A DNA stretch of 32,000 nucleotides from Comamonadaceae bacterium (lineage in GTDB: Bacteria; Pseudomonadota; Gammaproteobacteria; Burkholderiales; Burkholderiaceae_C): contig CANJQN010000009.1 of the NCBI GenBank assembly GCA_947476465.1, positions 52,611-84,610 on the forward strand, in the 5' to 3' direction. The first letter of the stretch is position 1. Each line of letters opens with the position of its first letter. A program made the translations under genes and the position numbers. Below, one piece after another: positions 14,688 to 23,335 of the stretch. Below the pieces are notes generated by a model. That model saw only the letters and a program-made list of their open reading frames with translations, had not been told where the DNA came from and ran no database searches.

Positions 14688-16463
14688 TCAGTCCTCGACA
14701 ATCCCAGCCTCCCGCGCCTTGATCTGCAACGCAAGGTAGCGCGAGTTTATGCGCGCATGCGCCAAGCCGCCCCCGATGAACCACAGACCTTTCTGGGGCG
14801 TCGGCCTGAACATGTTCCTAAGCTCGCCGTCCGCGTCGACGCCCCAGACTGGCCCGACCTTTTCGGCCATCACATTGCCGAGCAGGGCGCGGACCACCTC
14901 CTGCTGGTTCTGATAGCCCGTCGCCATGACGATGAGGGCGGCCTTTTTCACGCTGCCGTCCTTCATTCGTGCGCCATCGGCCGTGAAACGGTCTATGTCT
15001 TCGAACTGAAGCAGACCGATCTTTCCATCCACGATCAACTCCGAACAGCCGCAATTCAAGTAATAGCCGCCGTGCTTGTCCCGTGTCTTCATCTGATAGC
15101 CAGCACCATCGGGACCGTCGTCGAGCTTCATGCCACGGGCGGCGAGCCCGTCCAATAGTTCTTTGTCCAGTCCCATCTGACGCTTGGTCATCATCTGGTA
15201 TCCGCGCTTGAGTAGCGTGGGGGTGTTGGTCGCCGCGATGAGGTCGCAATCCTCGGTCGGCAGCTTCTCGTCGTAATAGACCGATCCGTTCAAGAGGGCC
15301 GAGTTGACACTCACCACCATGATGGAGCCGCGCTGCACCATCGTCACACGCGCGCCGTAGCTGTGAAGATCCTGCGCCACATCATGTCCGCTGTTGCCGA
15401 CGCCGACCACCAGGGCGTCCTTGTCCTTCCACGCCGATCCATCTTGGTAATCATGCGTGTGCATGACCTCGCCCCCGAAGTCATCGAGTCCCGGCAGCTT
15501 CGGGCTACTCGGGTCGCCGGCCACGCCATTGGCAAATACGAGGTGCCGCGGCCGCAATGTGCGCTCCGTCCCATCGGCGCGCCGCACACGCGCATGCCAG
15601 TGCGCGCCCGCTTCGTCACGGTCCGCGGACACCAGGGATGTACCCGTCCAGACATTGCATTGCATGGCGGACGCGAACGTTTCGACCCAGTCGGCGACCA
15701 TGTCCTTTGACAGGTATTTGGGCCAGTTTGGCGGGAAAGGCAGATACGGCAGATGGTTGATGGGAACCTGGTTGTGCAGCGCCAGCGCGCGATAGCGCCT
15801 GCGCCATGCGTCGCCGACGCGCGGCAAGGTGTCGACACACAATGTATCGACGCCCAGCAGGCCAAGCCGCGCTGCGGTGGTCAGGCCCGCCTGCCCGGCC
15901 CCAATGATGAGCACCGCGGGTTCGCGGTCGGCGAATGCCTGCTCTTTCGCACGCCGGTCAGCCCAATTGTCCCCACCAAATTCACGCGAAACCGCTGCTC
16001 CTGACGGGCGACGTTCGCCTACGGGTTCTTCTTGGTCCTTGAACTCCTCAAGTGCGGTCATGAGTGCCCAGGCCTTGTCGGGCTCACCGAGCTGAAGCCG
16101 CAGTACGCCGTGCCCCAAGCCGACCGCGGTCTCAAACGAGAAGATCGCCTCCACCACCTCCATGCCGACCCGCATCACGCGCCTCGGGGGCGTGCGGCGC
16201 AATGCAAGCGCGAAACCGCGGGCCTGAATCGCGCCTTGGGCCGCCACCAATCGCTCTGCGATGGGCCGGCGTCCTTCCGTCGGGGTGTAGCTCCACGTGA
16301 ACGCCAGCAGGTCGCGCCAATGGCTGTCGCTGAGAAAAAGGCCGCTCAGTCTTTCGACGTCACGTCGCCGTAGAGCATTCTCGAAATCGCCCAGCCAGCG
16401 GCTGGCGAGATCTGCGTCCGCTTGCTGTTCGGACGTTCCGTGACGCAATACTGCTTCTTTCAT
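14688..16463 (-). CDS. FMO-type class B flavoprotein monooxygenase with ~180-aa N-terminal extension (paralog 1)
   Basis: 591 aa. FAD motif LIIGAGQAGL, FMO fingerprint FGGEVMHTHDY (FxGxxxHxxxY), NAD(P)H motif VVGVGNSGHD. AAGGAAAG RBS. Confidence 0.85.
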   Translation of the reverse strand: MKEAVLRHGTSEQQADADLASRWLGDFENALRRRDVERLSGLFLSDSHWRDLLAFTWSYTPTEGRRPIAERLVAAQGAIQARGFALALRRTPPRRVMRVGMEVVEAIFSFETAVGLGHGVLRLQLGEPDKAWALMTALEEFKDQEEPVGERRPSGAAVSREFGGDNWADRRAKEQAFADREPAVLIIGAGQAGLTTAARLGLLGVDTLCVDTLPRVGDAWRRRYRALALHNQVPINHLPYLPFPPNWPKYLSKDMVADWVETFASAMQCNVWTGTSLVSADRDEAGAHWHARVRRADGTERTLRPRHLVFANGVAGDPSSPKLPGLDDFGGEVMHTHDYQDGSAWKDKDALVVGVGNSGHDVAQDLHSYGARVTMVQRGSIMVVSVNSALLNGSVYYDEKLPTEDCDLIAATNTPTLLKRGYQMMTKRQMGLDKELLDGLAARGMKLDDGPDGAGYQMKTRDKHGGYYLNCGCSELIVDGKIGLLQFEDIDRFTADGARMKDGSVKKAALIVMATGYQNQQEVVRALLGNVMAEKVGPVWGVDADGELRNMFRPTPQKGLWFIGGGLAHARINSRYLALQIKAREAGIVED

Positions 16464-16619
16464 GCATCTTTCCTTGGGGTACTGTCGTTCACGTTGTTGC
16501 CACGCACGCCATACGAGAAGGCGCTACCGCAATCACAGCAGGCACTCGCATGGGCAAGGATTGACGTGGCCGGCAAACGCATGCGTGCAGCATGGCGGCC
16601 GGCGCCGAATTCAATGTGA

Positions 16620-17588
16620 TCAGGAATTTCGAGCCATGGCAGCAACCCGCTTCCAGCCGGCCGCTTCCTGTGCGATTACGTCTTTGAGGCTGCGATGGTC
16701 GATCGCCTCATGCAGCAGGGATTGCCTGTTGCAGAACGCCTTGTACTCGGCGGTTTGTGCGATCGGCATGATCGCATCGGACAGCGTCTGGACGATCGCG
16801 TCTGGCAAGTTGGCCGGACCGAGGAAGTCGAGCCCCGGCCAGATCTCAAAACCCGGCAGCTTGGTATCCGCCGTGGACGGAACATCTGGCAGGGATTCCC
16901 ACCTCTTCGGGCTGGTGACTGCAAGAGCGCGCAACCGCCCTGCCTGAATGAGAGCAAGCACGCTGCTCGATCCCTGGCATGTGAAGTCCACGCGGCCCGC
17001 CGCGACATCCAGCACCGCACCGGTCGTATCCTTGTACTGGATCTGGGTCGAGGTGGTGTTCCCTATGGCGTTGAGCATCACCGCACACAGATGCGCCGAG
17101 CTTCCTTTGCCCTGGGCGGAATAGGTCAGTTTGCTGTCCGGTGACTTCAAGGCCTGAAGCAGATCGTCAATCGTCTTGTACTGAGAATCCGCACGTACAA
17201 CGAGTGCGAGCGGCGCACGTACGACCCGGGCGATGGGTGTGAAGTCCTTGACTGTATCGAACGGGGGCACGCCATCCGAAAAGAGCGGCAACAGGTGGTG
17301 AGGAAGCCCCCCAAGCATGATGGTATAGCCGTCCGGCGGCATCTTTGCCACGTACGTGTACGCCAGCAGACCCCCTGCGCCGGGGCGGTTTTCGATGATC
17401 ACCGGTACATTCAGCTTCTTGGAAATCCCGTTGGTGAAATAGCGTGCTGTCGCGTCCGCAGCCGTCCCGGTTCCGGTCGACAGGAGGATGCGAATTGCTT
17501 TTTCGGGATATTGTTGGGCCCATACGGCGTTGGCGCCCACGATCGGAATGGACGCAGCCGCGCAGAGAATCTTTCGTCTAGTGGGCAT
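16620..17588 (-). CDS. Bug family (TctC-like) periplasmic substrate-binding protein
   Basis: ORF 16620..17708. Met41 (nt 17588) follows AGGAGA and gives a 322-aa protein with signal peptide MPTRRKILCAAASIPIVGANAVWAQ and IENRPGAGG. Confidence 0.85.
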   Translation of the reverse strand: MPTRRKILCAAASIPIVGANAVWAQQYPEKAIRILLSTGTGTAADATARYFTNGISKKLNVPVIIENRPGAGGLLAYTYVAKMPPDGYTIMLGGLPHHLLPLFSDGVPPFDTVKDFTPIARVVRAPLALVVRADSQYKTIDDLLQALKSPDSKLTYSAQGKGSSAHLCAVMLNAIGNTTSTQIQYKDTTGAVLDVAAGRVDFTCQGSSSVLALIQAGRLRALAVTSPKRWESLPDVPSTADTKLPGFEIWPGLDFLGPANLPDAIVQTLSDAIMPIAQTAEYKAFCNRQSLLHEAIDHRSLKDVIAQEAAGWKRVAAMARNS

Positions 17589-17779
17589 GATCAGGTGTCT
17601 CCTGGTTATACCGCTGGTGCGGCAGAATGTTTTTATTTTAGGCAGTGCCCCGGCCGAACGACACCGCATTAGTCGGCAAGGTGCTTGTCGCAAATCGGCA
17701 TACCTCAAAGGGGCCGGACGGTTTGCGCCGCGATGCTGGTCGATGTTGCTGGCCTTGCAGGCACCGGCCGCGGCAACGC

Positions 17780-17930
17780 CACAATGCGCTTGAGGCGGGG
17801 CCGCGCGCCGTTGCTCACTGACCGAACCCGGCCGACTGTTCTACGAGCGCCCCCGCCATCTCGAACGAGCTGCGCGATGCGAGGCTGGCGATGCGATCTG
17901 GTACCACGCCTCGGCGCAGTCTGCACGTCC
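17780..17930 (+). pseudogene. LysR-type regulator relic (end of HTH plus linker only), truncated at the Bug gene boundary
   Basis: Translation from 17815 reads SLTEPGRLFYER, near-identical to SLSLTEPGRLFYER of the intact LysR at 11117. There is an upstream in-frame stop, a downstream frame change (a PRRSLHV-like linker sits in another frame), and no effector domain. Boundaries are approximate. Confidence 0.45.
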
Positions 17931-18899
17931 CTATTTTCCCCGGGTGAGTTGTGCTAAGCGCTTCCACTTCGCGGCTTCGACGGGTACTTCCCGCAGCAGT
18001 TGCCCGGATCCGACGATGTCGAGAGACATCATTTGCTTGGTTGCAAACTCGCTGAACTGCGGTGTCTGAGCGATGCGTAGGATCTCCGTCGAAAGTAGTT
18101 GGACGATTTCAGGGGGGGTCGCCGCAGGAGCGATGAAGTCGTACCAGGAAGACAACTCGAACCCGCTCAGTGACTCTGCAGCCGCTGGTACATTCTTCAG
18201 CGCTTCCAACCGGGTTGCGCCAGTGATCGCGAGGGCGCGAAGTCTGCCCCCTTCAATCATCGGCAAGACGCCACCGATGCCTTGGCAGGTGAATGCGACG
18301 CGGCCGCTGGCAACGTCCGTCAGCAGCATGCCCTGTTCTTTGTATCCGATGCTTTCCGCCTTTGTCTTGCTGATGTCGTTGAGCAGCACGGAACACAGGC
18401 CGCTAGAGCTTCCCTGCCCGAGTGTCGAATACGTGAGCGCACCTGGACGTTCCCTCATTGCCTGGATCAGTTCAGGCAAGGCTCGGTAGGGACTGTCGGC
18501 GCCGACAACGACCATGAGCGGAACCCGCCCGACTCGCGCAATCGGGACGAACTCCTTGACGGGATCAAAGCCAGCAGATGCTTCCGACAGAAGCGGGATC
18601 AGGTAGAGCGGGATCCCCGCAATCATGATCGTGTACCCGTCTGCCGGGGCTCGCGCAGTTGCGGCATAAGCGAGCGCCCCGCCGGCGCCTAGCCGGTTTT
18701 CAATCACGACAGGGGTGTTCAGGCGCTTGGAAAGCGGCTCTGTGAAATGGCGCGCTACCAAGTCGATACCGACTCCAGCGGAGGCTCCTACGATGATCTT
18801 GATTGGCTTGGAGGGATACTGCTGCGCTTGAGCGGCCTGCATGCCCAATAGCGGCAACGTGCCGGCAGCCCTGAGGACGTGTCTTCTGGTCAATGTCAT
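17931..18899 (-). CDS. Bug family (TctC-like) periplasmic substrate-binding protein
   Basis: 322 aa. AGGAGG RBS, signal peptide MTLTRRHVLRAAGTLPLLGMQAAQAQ, IENRLGAGG. Roughly similar in layout to the two other Bug genes. Confidence 0.9.
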   Translation of the reverse strand: MTLTRRHVLRAAGTLPLLGMQAAQAQQYPSKPIKIIVGASAGVGIDLVARHFTEPLSKRLNTPVVIENRLGAGGALAYAATARAPADGYTIMIAGIPLYLIPLLSEASAGFDPVKEFVPIARVGRVPLMVVVGADSPYRALPELIQAMRERPGALTYSTLGQGSSSGLCSVLLNDISKTKAESIGYKEQGMLLTDVASGRVAFTCQGIGGVLPMIEGGRLRALAITGATRLEALKNVPAAAESLSGFELSSWYDFIAPAATPPEIVQLLSTEILRIAQTPQFSEFATKQMMSLDIVGSGQLLREVPVEAAKWKRLAQLTRGK

Positions 18900-19304
18900 T
18901 TCCGTTTGCCTCCTAAGGAACCTTGATAAGTTTGCATTGCGCGGCCACCCTTGTCGGTTTGCTGCGTTGCATCCACCGTGTCAGCGGCTTATTTGAGCGC
19001 CGTGTGTACGAATAACCCGGTCAGCATGGTCTTCCTCGCTTGATTGCCCGGCATCACCGAGGCTGCTCCAGTAGTGTCGGTACATCCGGGGACTCGCGCA
19101 TGACGTTGGATGACAAGCACCTTTGCCCTAGTCGGGAAGGCGGGACACGATTTGATTTGCTAAACGCACTCAGCAACCTTTGGAAGCGTATCGCCTGCAT
19201 TTGTTGTGCGCAGGATGAATAACCGATCGGCCAGTTGCGCACCTTACATCAGCGCTCGGAACGGAAAGATCGTTCTGTCGGTCTGACTGGCCTGGCCGCG
19301 CGTG

Positions 19305-20813
19305 TCAGGCTGCGCCGCCGCGCATGGCCGCGGCCCGGGCTTCGCGGCGCAGCACTTTGCCCACCGGGCTGCGCGGCAGGGTGTCGACGATACGAATGCT
19401 TTTGGGGGTCTTCACGGACCCGACGCGTTCCTTGCAGAAGGCGATCAGTTCGTCTTGCGTGACGGTGTGGCCGGAGCGAACTTCCAGGCTGGCTTCGACC
19501 CGTTCTCCCCAGTGGTCGTCGGGCACCCCGAACACGACCACTTCCGACACCGCCGGGTGCTGCGCGATCGCGGCCTCGACGTCGGAGGGATAGACATTGA
19601 AGCCGCCGGTGATGACGACGTCGCGGATGCGATCCTTCAGGTAGAGAAACCCGTCTTCGTCGAGCAGGCCGATGTCCCCGGTGTGCAACCAGCCATCGAC
19701 GATGGTCTTGGCGGTTTCCTCGGGCATGTCGAGGTACCCGGTCATCAGCAGGTCGCCGCGCGCACAGATTTCACCCAGCTCATTCGGGCCGAGCCGCTTT
19801 CCGGCCATGTCCAGGATGGCCACTTCCGCGAGCAGCGAGGCGCGGCCGACGCAGGTCAGTCGCTTCTCGTCCATCATGTCGGCCGCCCGTCCGGCGGACA
19901 GGATCAGGGGCGCCTCAGTCTGGCCGAAGGCGGTTTCGATGACCGGGCCGAACACCTGCTGCGCCTCCCGCAGGCGCGTGGGCGAGGCCGCCGCGCCACC
20001 CCAGATCAGGTGCGCAAGGCTGTCCACCTTGCGCGGGCTGGTTTTTTGCTCGTCGATCAGTTTGTACAGCAGGGTCGGCGGAACCCAGGTGCCGGTGACC
20101 CTTTCACGTTCGATCAGGTCCAGCAGGTGGCCGGGCGCCGTTTCCGAGGTGAGCACCACGCAACCGCCCCGGGCCAGGGTGGGCAGGATGAAGGCGCCCG
20201 CGCCGTGCGTCATGGGCGCGGCGCAAAGATAGCGGTCGTTCGCGGTCAGCTCGAACATGATCAGCACCATGCTGACCATGGTGTTGATGCAGCGGAACGA
20301 CTGAAGAACGCCCTTCGGAATGCCCGAGGATCCGCCGGTGAACTTGATGCCGTTGATGTCGGAGAGATTCGCGCGCCAGTCGGCCCGCTGTCCCGCGTGG
20401 CGGCGCTCCACCGCGCCCATCGCGCGCGGGTCCGCTGGGCCGGCGTCGACCACTAGGACGGGCCGTTCAACGGGGGTGAAGCGGTCGAGATAGTCCTTGT
20501 GGACGATGAGTACATCGGGCTTGGCGCGGCTGATTTGCGCGTCCAGCTCCGGCTTGGCGTTGCGTCCGTTCAGCGGCACCACGACCGCGCCGCCCGCGTG
20601 CACGGCCATCAGCGCCACCAGCATCTCGACGCTGTTGGGGCCGAGCAGGGCGATGGTCGGCCGCGCCTTGCCGCCAAGCGCCTGCAATCCGGCGGCCAGC
20701 GCATTGCTGCGCGCCACAAGTTCACGGTAGGTGCAGCTGCGGTCGTTGTCGACGGCCGCGATTGCGTCAGGATAAGCCAGCGCCGCGCGCCGTAGAAAGT
20801 CGATCGGGAACAT
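19305..20813 (-). CDS. AMP-dependent synthetase/ligase (acyl-CoA or aryl-CoA ligase)
   Basis: ORF 19305..20909. Met33 (nt 20813) follows GGAGA. AMP-binding motifs FTGGSSGIPKGV, GDIGLLDEDGFLYLKDRIRDVV, and the C-terminal PRSPVGKVLRR lysine. Confidence 0.85.
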   Translation of the reverse strand: MFPIDFLRRAALAYPDAIAAVDNDRSCTYRELVARSNALAAGLQALGGKARPTIALLGPNSVEMLVALMAVHAGGAVVVPLNGRNAKPELDAQISRAKPDVLIVHKDYLDRFTPVERPVLVVDAGPADPRAMGAVERRHAGQRADWRANLSDINGIKFTGGSSGIPKGVLQSFRCINTMVSMVLIMFELTANDRYLCAAPMTHGAGAFILPTLARGGCVVLTSETAPGHLLDLIERERVTGTWVPPTLLYKLIDEQKTSPRKVDSLAHLIWGGAAASPTRLREAQQVFGPVIETAFGQTEAPLILSAGRAADMMDEKRLTCVGRASLLAEVAILDMAGKRLGPNELGEICARGDLLMTGYLDMPEETAKTIVDGWLHTGDIGLLDEDGFLYLKDRIRDVVITGGFNVYPSDVEAAIAQHPAVSEVVVFGVPDDHWGERVEASLEVRSGHTVTQDELIAFCKERVGSVKTPKSIRIVDTLPRSPVGKVLRREARAAAMRGGAA

Positions 20814-20841
20814 CCGGTCTCCAATGAGGGGCGAGGCGGAC

Positions 20842-21897
20842 TTAGATGCGCGGTAGCCGATAGAACCGCGCGGCGCTGCCGGCAAAGATGTCGGACTTGT
20901 CCTGCTCACTCGCGCTGGCCGTGATCCGCTTCATGGCGTTCAGGCCGACACCCAGGCTGTAGCTGCCCTTGTCGACGGGGAAGTTGCTGGCGACCATGCA
21001 GCGGCGCGCACCGAACGCCTCGATGCAGGTTTCCATCCATGGCCGCCAGGCGTCGGCCAGTTGCGTGGAGGAGGGCGCACGCTCGAGTGCGTCAAATCCG
21101 AAGCCGGACAAGCGCATGCCCAGTCCGCTGAGCTTGACCATCACGTTCGGGCACGTGGCCAGTTCGAGCAGCGATGCCTTCCACTGCGTAAAGACCTCGT
21201 TGCGTCTGCCTTCGAATCGGCCGATGCCCAGAACGCCACCGCAGTGGTCCAGCACGATCGGTGTCTCGGGGAAGGCGCGTGCCAGTGCGGTCAGGCGCGG
21301 GATCTGAGGAAACAGCAGCCAGGCATCGAAACTCAGACCCAAGGGGGCCAGATGCGCGAAGCCCGCGCGAAACGGCGCCGAATCCAGCATGTCTTTGGAA
21401 GTGAAATAGGCGGTCGCGTTGTACAGGGCCGGATCGGTGTCCCACGCCACCGCATGCCGGATGCCGCGGAACCGCCCGCCGTCCACGGCCGGGCCGCCGG
21501 CCGCTGCGAGGTGACGCTCCAGCAACGGGCGGACGGCGTCGCCGTCGAGCAGGTTGGCGTAACCCACGATGCCGGCGCACATGCGCACATCGCCATAGAT
21601 GCCGCTGGCGCTCATGGCGGCCATGCCATTGACGAATTCGGTCTCGCCCACCGGCTGCATGGCCACCGGCCCATCGGCCCGATACATCGCCTGGGCCTGA
21701 ACGAACACCGTCGCACGCACATTGTGGCCGCAGCGCAGGTCGCTCAACATGTCGTCGAACAGGTAGCGCAAACCGGGCCGGTCATAGAGGTGATGATGCG
21801 CGTCAACGATGGGAAGCGCCGCATCGAGCGGCTCCTCAACCTGTGATGCAAGCCACTCGCTTCGGATCCCGCTATGCTGGAAAGCGCCGCCGCTCAT
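20842..21897 (-). CDS. Amidohydrolase_2 family metal-dependent hydrolase (LigI/lactonase- or decarboxylase-like TIM barrel)
   Basis: 351 aa. PIVDAHHHLY near the N-terminus and IVLDHCGG. Start overlaps the upstream CMD stop by 4 nt (ATGA). Confidence 0.8.
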   Translation of the reverse strand: MSGGAFQHSGIRSEWLASQVEEPLDAALPIVDAHHHLYDRPGLRYLFDDMLSDLRCGHNVRATVFVQAQAMYRADGPVAMQPVGETEFVNGMAAMSASGIYGDVRMCAGIVGYANLLDGDAVRPLLERHLAAAGGPAVDGGRFRGIRHAVAWDTDPALYNATAYFTSKDMLDSAPFRAGFAHLAPLGLSFDAWLLFPQIPRLTALARAFPETPIVLDHCGGVLGIGRFEGRRNEVFTQWKASLLELATCPNVMVKLSGLGMRLSGFGFDALERAPSSTQLADAWRPWMETCIEAFGARRCMVASNFPVDKGSYSLGVGLNAMKRITASASEQDKSDIFAGSAARFYRLPRI

Positions 21898-22478
21898 GGG
21901 GCGATCTTGGCTTGCGGGTAATCGGCGTCTTCAAGCTCGGGCACGGCGTTTTCTGGTAGGCCGAGTTCGAAGGTGTTCAGCGTGAAGGCGGCCAGGCAGT
22001 AGTAGCCGATCAGGGCGACGAGCTCGACGACACCGCGATCGCCGAACAGCGCGATCGCGCGCCGGTACACTGCGTCGGGGACGCGGCCGGTGGTCTGTAG
22101 CGCTGCGGTGAACTCGTAGACCACCTGGCCGGCCGAGTCGTCGCCGAAGTTCGGGACTCGGCGGGCGGCGATGTCGGCAATGACCTGCGGGTCGAGTCCG
22201 TCGCGCAGGGCGTAGGCCTTGTGCGCCTTCCACTCGATATGGGACGTCCAGTGCCGCGCACCGACGAGGATCGTGAGCTCCGTCAGTCTCGGCCCCAGCG
22301 TGGTGGTATAGCGCAGAACTTCCCCGAGCTTTTGGATCCGGTCGGACAGCTCGGGGTTTCGCAGCCAGGCCTGCATCGGCAGGGGCACCTTGCCCCGGGG
22401 GCCGCTCATCACCGCCTCGCAGGCGGCTTTCTGCTCGGGCGTCATCGACTCGGGCGTCAGGATTTCAAGGCGTGCCAT
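21894..22478 (-). CDS. Carboxymuconolactone decarboxylase (CMD) family protein
   Basis: ORF 21894..22505 starts at a TTG. The ATG at 22478 gives MARLEILTPESMTPEQKAACEAVMSGPRG, a typical N-terminus for this ~190-aa CMD subfamily, with HWTSHIEWKAH in the core. The start is uncertain; TTG 22505 would give a 4-nt overlap with the SDR stop. Confidence 0.7.
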   Translation of the reverse strand: MARLEILTPESMTPEQKAACEAVMSGPRGKVPLPMQAWLRNPELSDRIQKLGEVLRYTTTLGPRLTELTILVGARHWTSHIEWKAHKAYALRDGLDPQVIADIAARRVPNFGDDSAGQVVYEFTAALQTTGRVPDAVYRRAIALFGDRGVVELVALIGYYCLAAFTLNTFELGLPENAVPELEDADYPQAKIAP

Positions 22479-22501
22479 TCGTGCTTTCGGTTGGGGATTG
22501 T

Positions 22502-23317
22502 TCAACGCGCGGCGGTGACGCCGCCATCCACGACGATCTGCGTCGCCGTGACATAGCTGGCCTCGTCGCTTGCCAAGTAGACCACGGCGTTGGCGACGTC
22601 AAAGGCCTGGCCCATGCGGCCCATGGGGATCAGCGCATTGCGCTTGGCGACAAGCTCTTGTTCGCTCACCCCCAGCTGTTTGGCCAGCCGGTGCTCCACC
22701 AATGGTGTGTGAATCATGCCCACCACCACCGTGTTGACTCGGATGCCTTTCTTGACATAAGCGATGGCGGTCGAGCGGCTGAAGGCCATCAACCCCGCCT
22801 TGGCCGTGGCATACGCCACCATCACGCGGCCACCCACCTGATGGCTCATGTGGGCGATGCTGGAGATGTTGACGATCGCACCGCCCCTGCCGTCGGTCTC
22901 AAACTGCCGCTCCATGACGGGCAGCACATGCTTGCACCCAAGGAAGGCGGTTTTCAAGTTCATGTCGAACTGCGCATCCCAGGCCTCTTCGGTCAGCGAC
23001 ACCGGGTCGCCGGGGACGCTGCCGCCGATGTTGTTCACCAGGATGTCGATGCGGCCGAACTTCGCCAGGCAAGCATCGACGGCGGCTTTAACCTGCTCAC
23101 TCGAAGTCATGTCGCAGGTCTGGGCGGCCCAGTGCGGATGCCCTTCCTTTTCCATGACCTCGGTGGTGCCAGCCAATGCCACTGGATTGATGTCCACGCC
23201 GAAGACCTTGGCGCCCTGACGCGCCATCAGCACCGCGGTGGACTTTCCATTGCCCCAGCCGTCGGCCACCGATCCCGCTCCGGCCACGAAGGCCACCTTA
23301 CCTGTCAAGTCCAGCAT
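22502..23317 (-). CDS. SDR family oxidoreductase
   Basis: 271 aa. GKVAFVAGAG...GNGKSTA nucleotide-binding region, NNIG, catalytic YATAKAGL (YxxxK), IRVNTVVVG. Confidence 0.85.
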   Translation of the reverse strand: MLDLTGKVAFVAGAGSVADGWGNGKSTAVLMARQGAKVFGVDINPVALAGTTEVMEKEGHPHWAAQTCDMTSSEQVKAAVDACLAKFGRIDILVNNIGGSVPGDPVSLTEEAWDAQFDMNLKTAFLGCKHVLPVMERQFETDGRGGAIVNISSIAHMSHQVGGRVMVAYATAKAGLMAFSRSTAIAYVKKGIRVNTVVVGMIHTPLVEHRLAKQLGVSEQELVAKRNALIPMGRMGQAFDVANAVVYLASDEASYVTATQIVVDGGVTAAR

Positions 23318-23335
23318 GTGTAGTTCTCCGAAAGT

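Noticed and set aside
19040-19242. 60-aa (+) and 62-aa (-) ORFs in the 18900-19304 spacer
   Set aside because: They are mutually overlapping, have no RBS, and show no recognisable motif or signal peptide. The region is treated as non-coding pending transcript evidence.
19302-20456. 384-aa plus-strand ORF antisense to the acyl-CoA ligase
   Set aside because: It is a GC-rich antisense frame with no motifs. The minus strand carries a full set of AMP-binding motifs.
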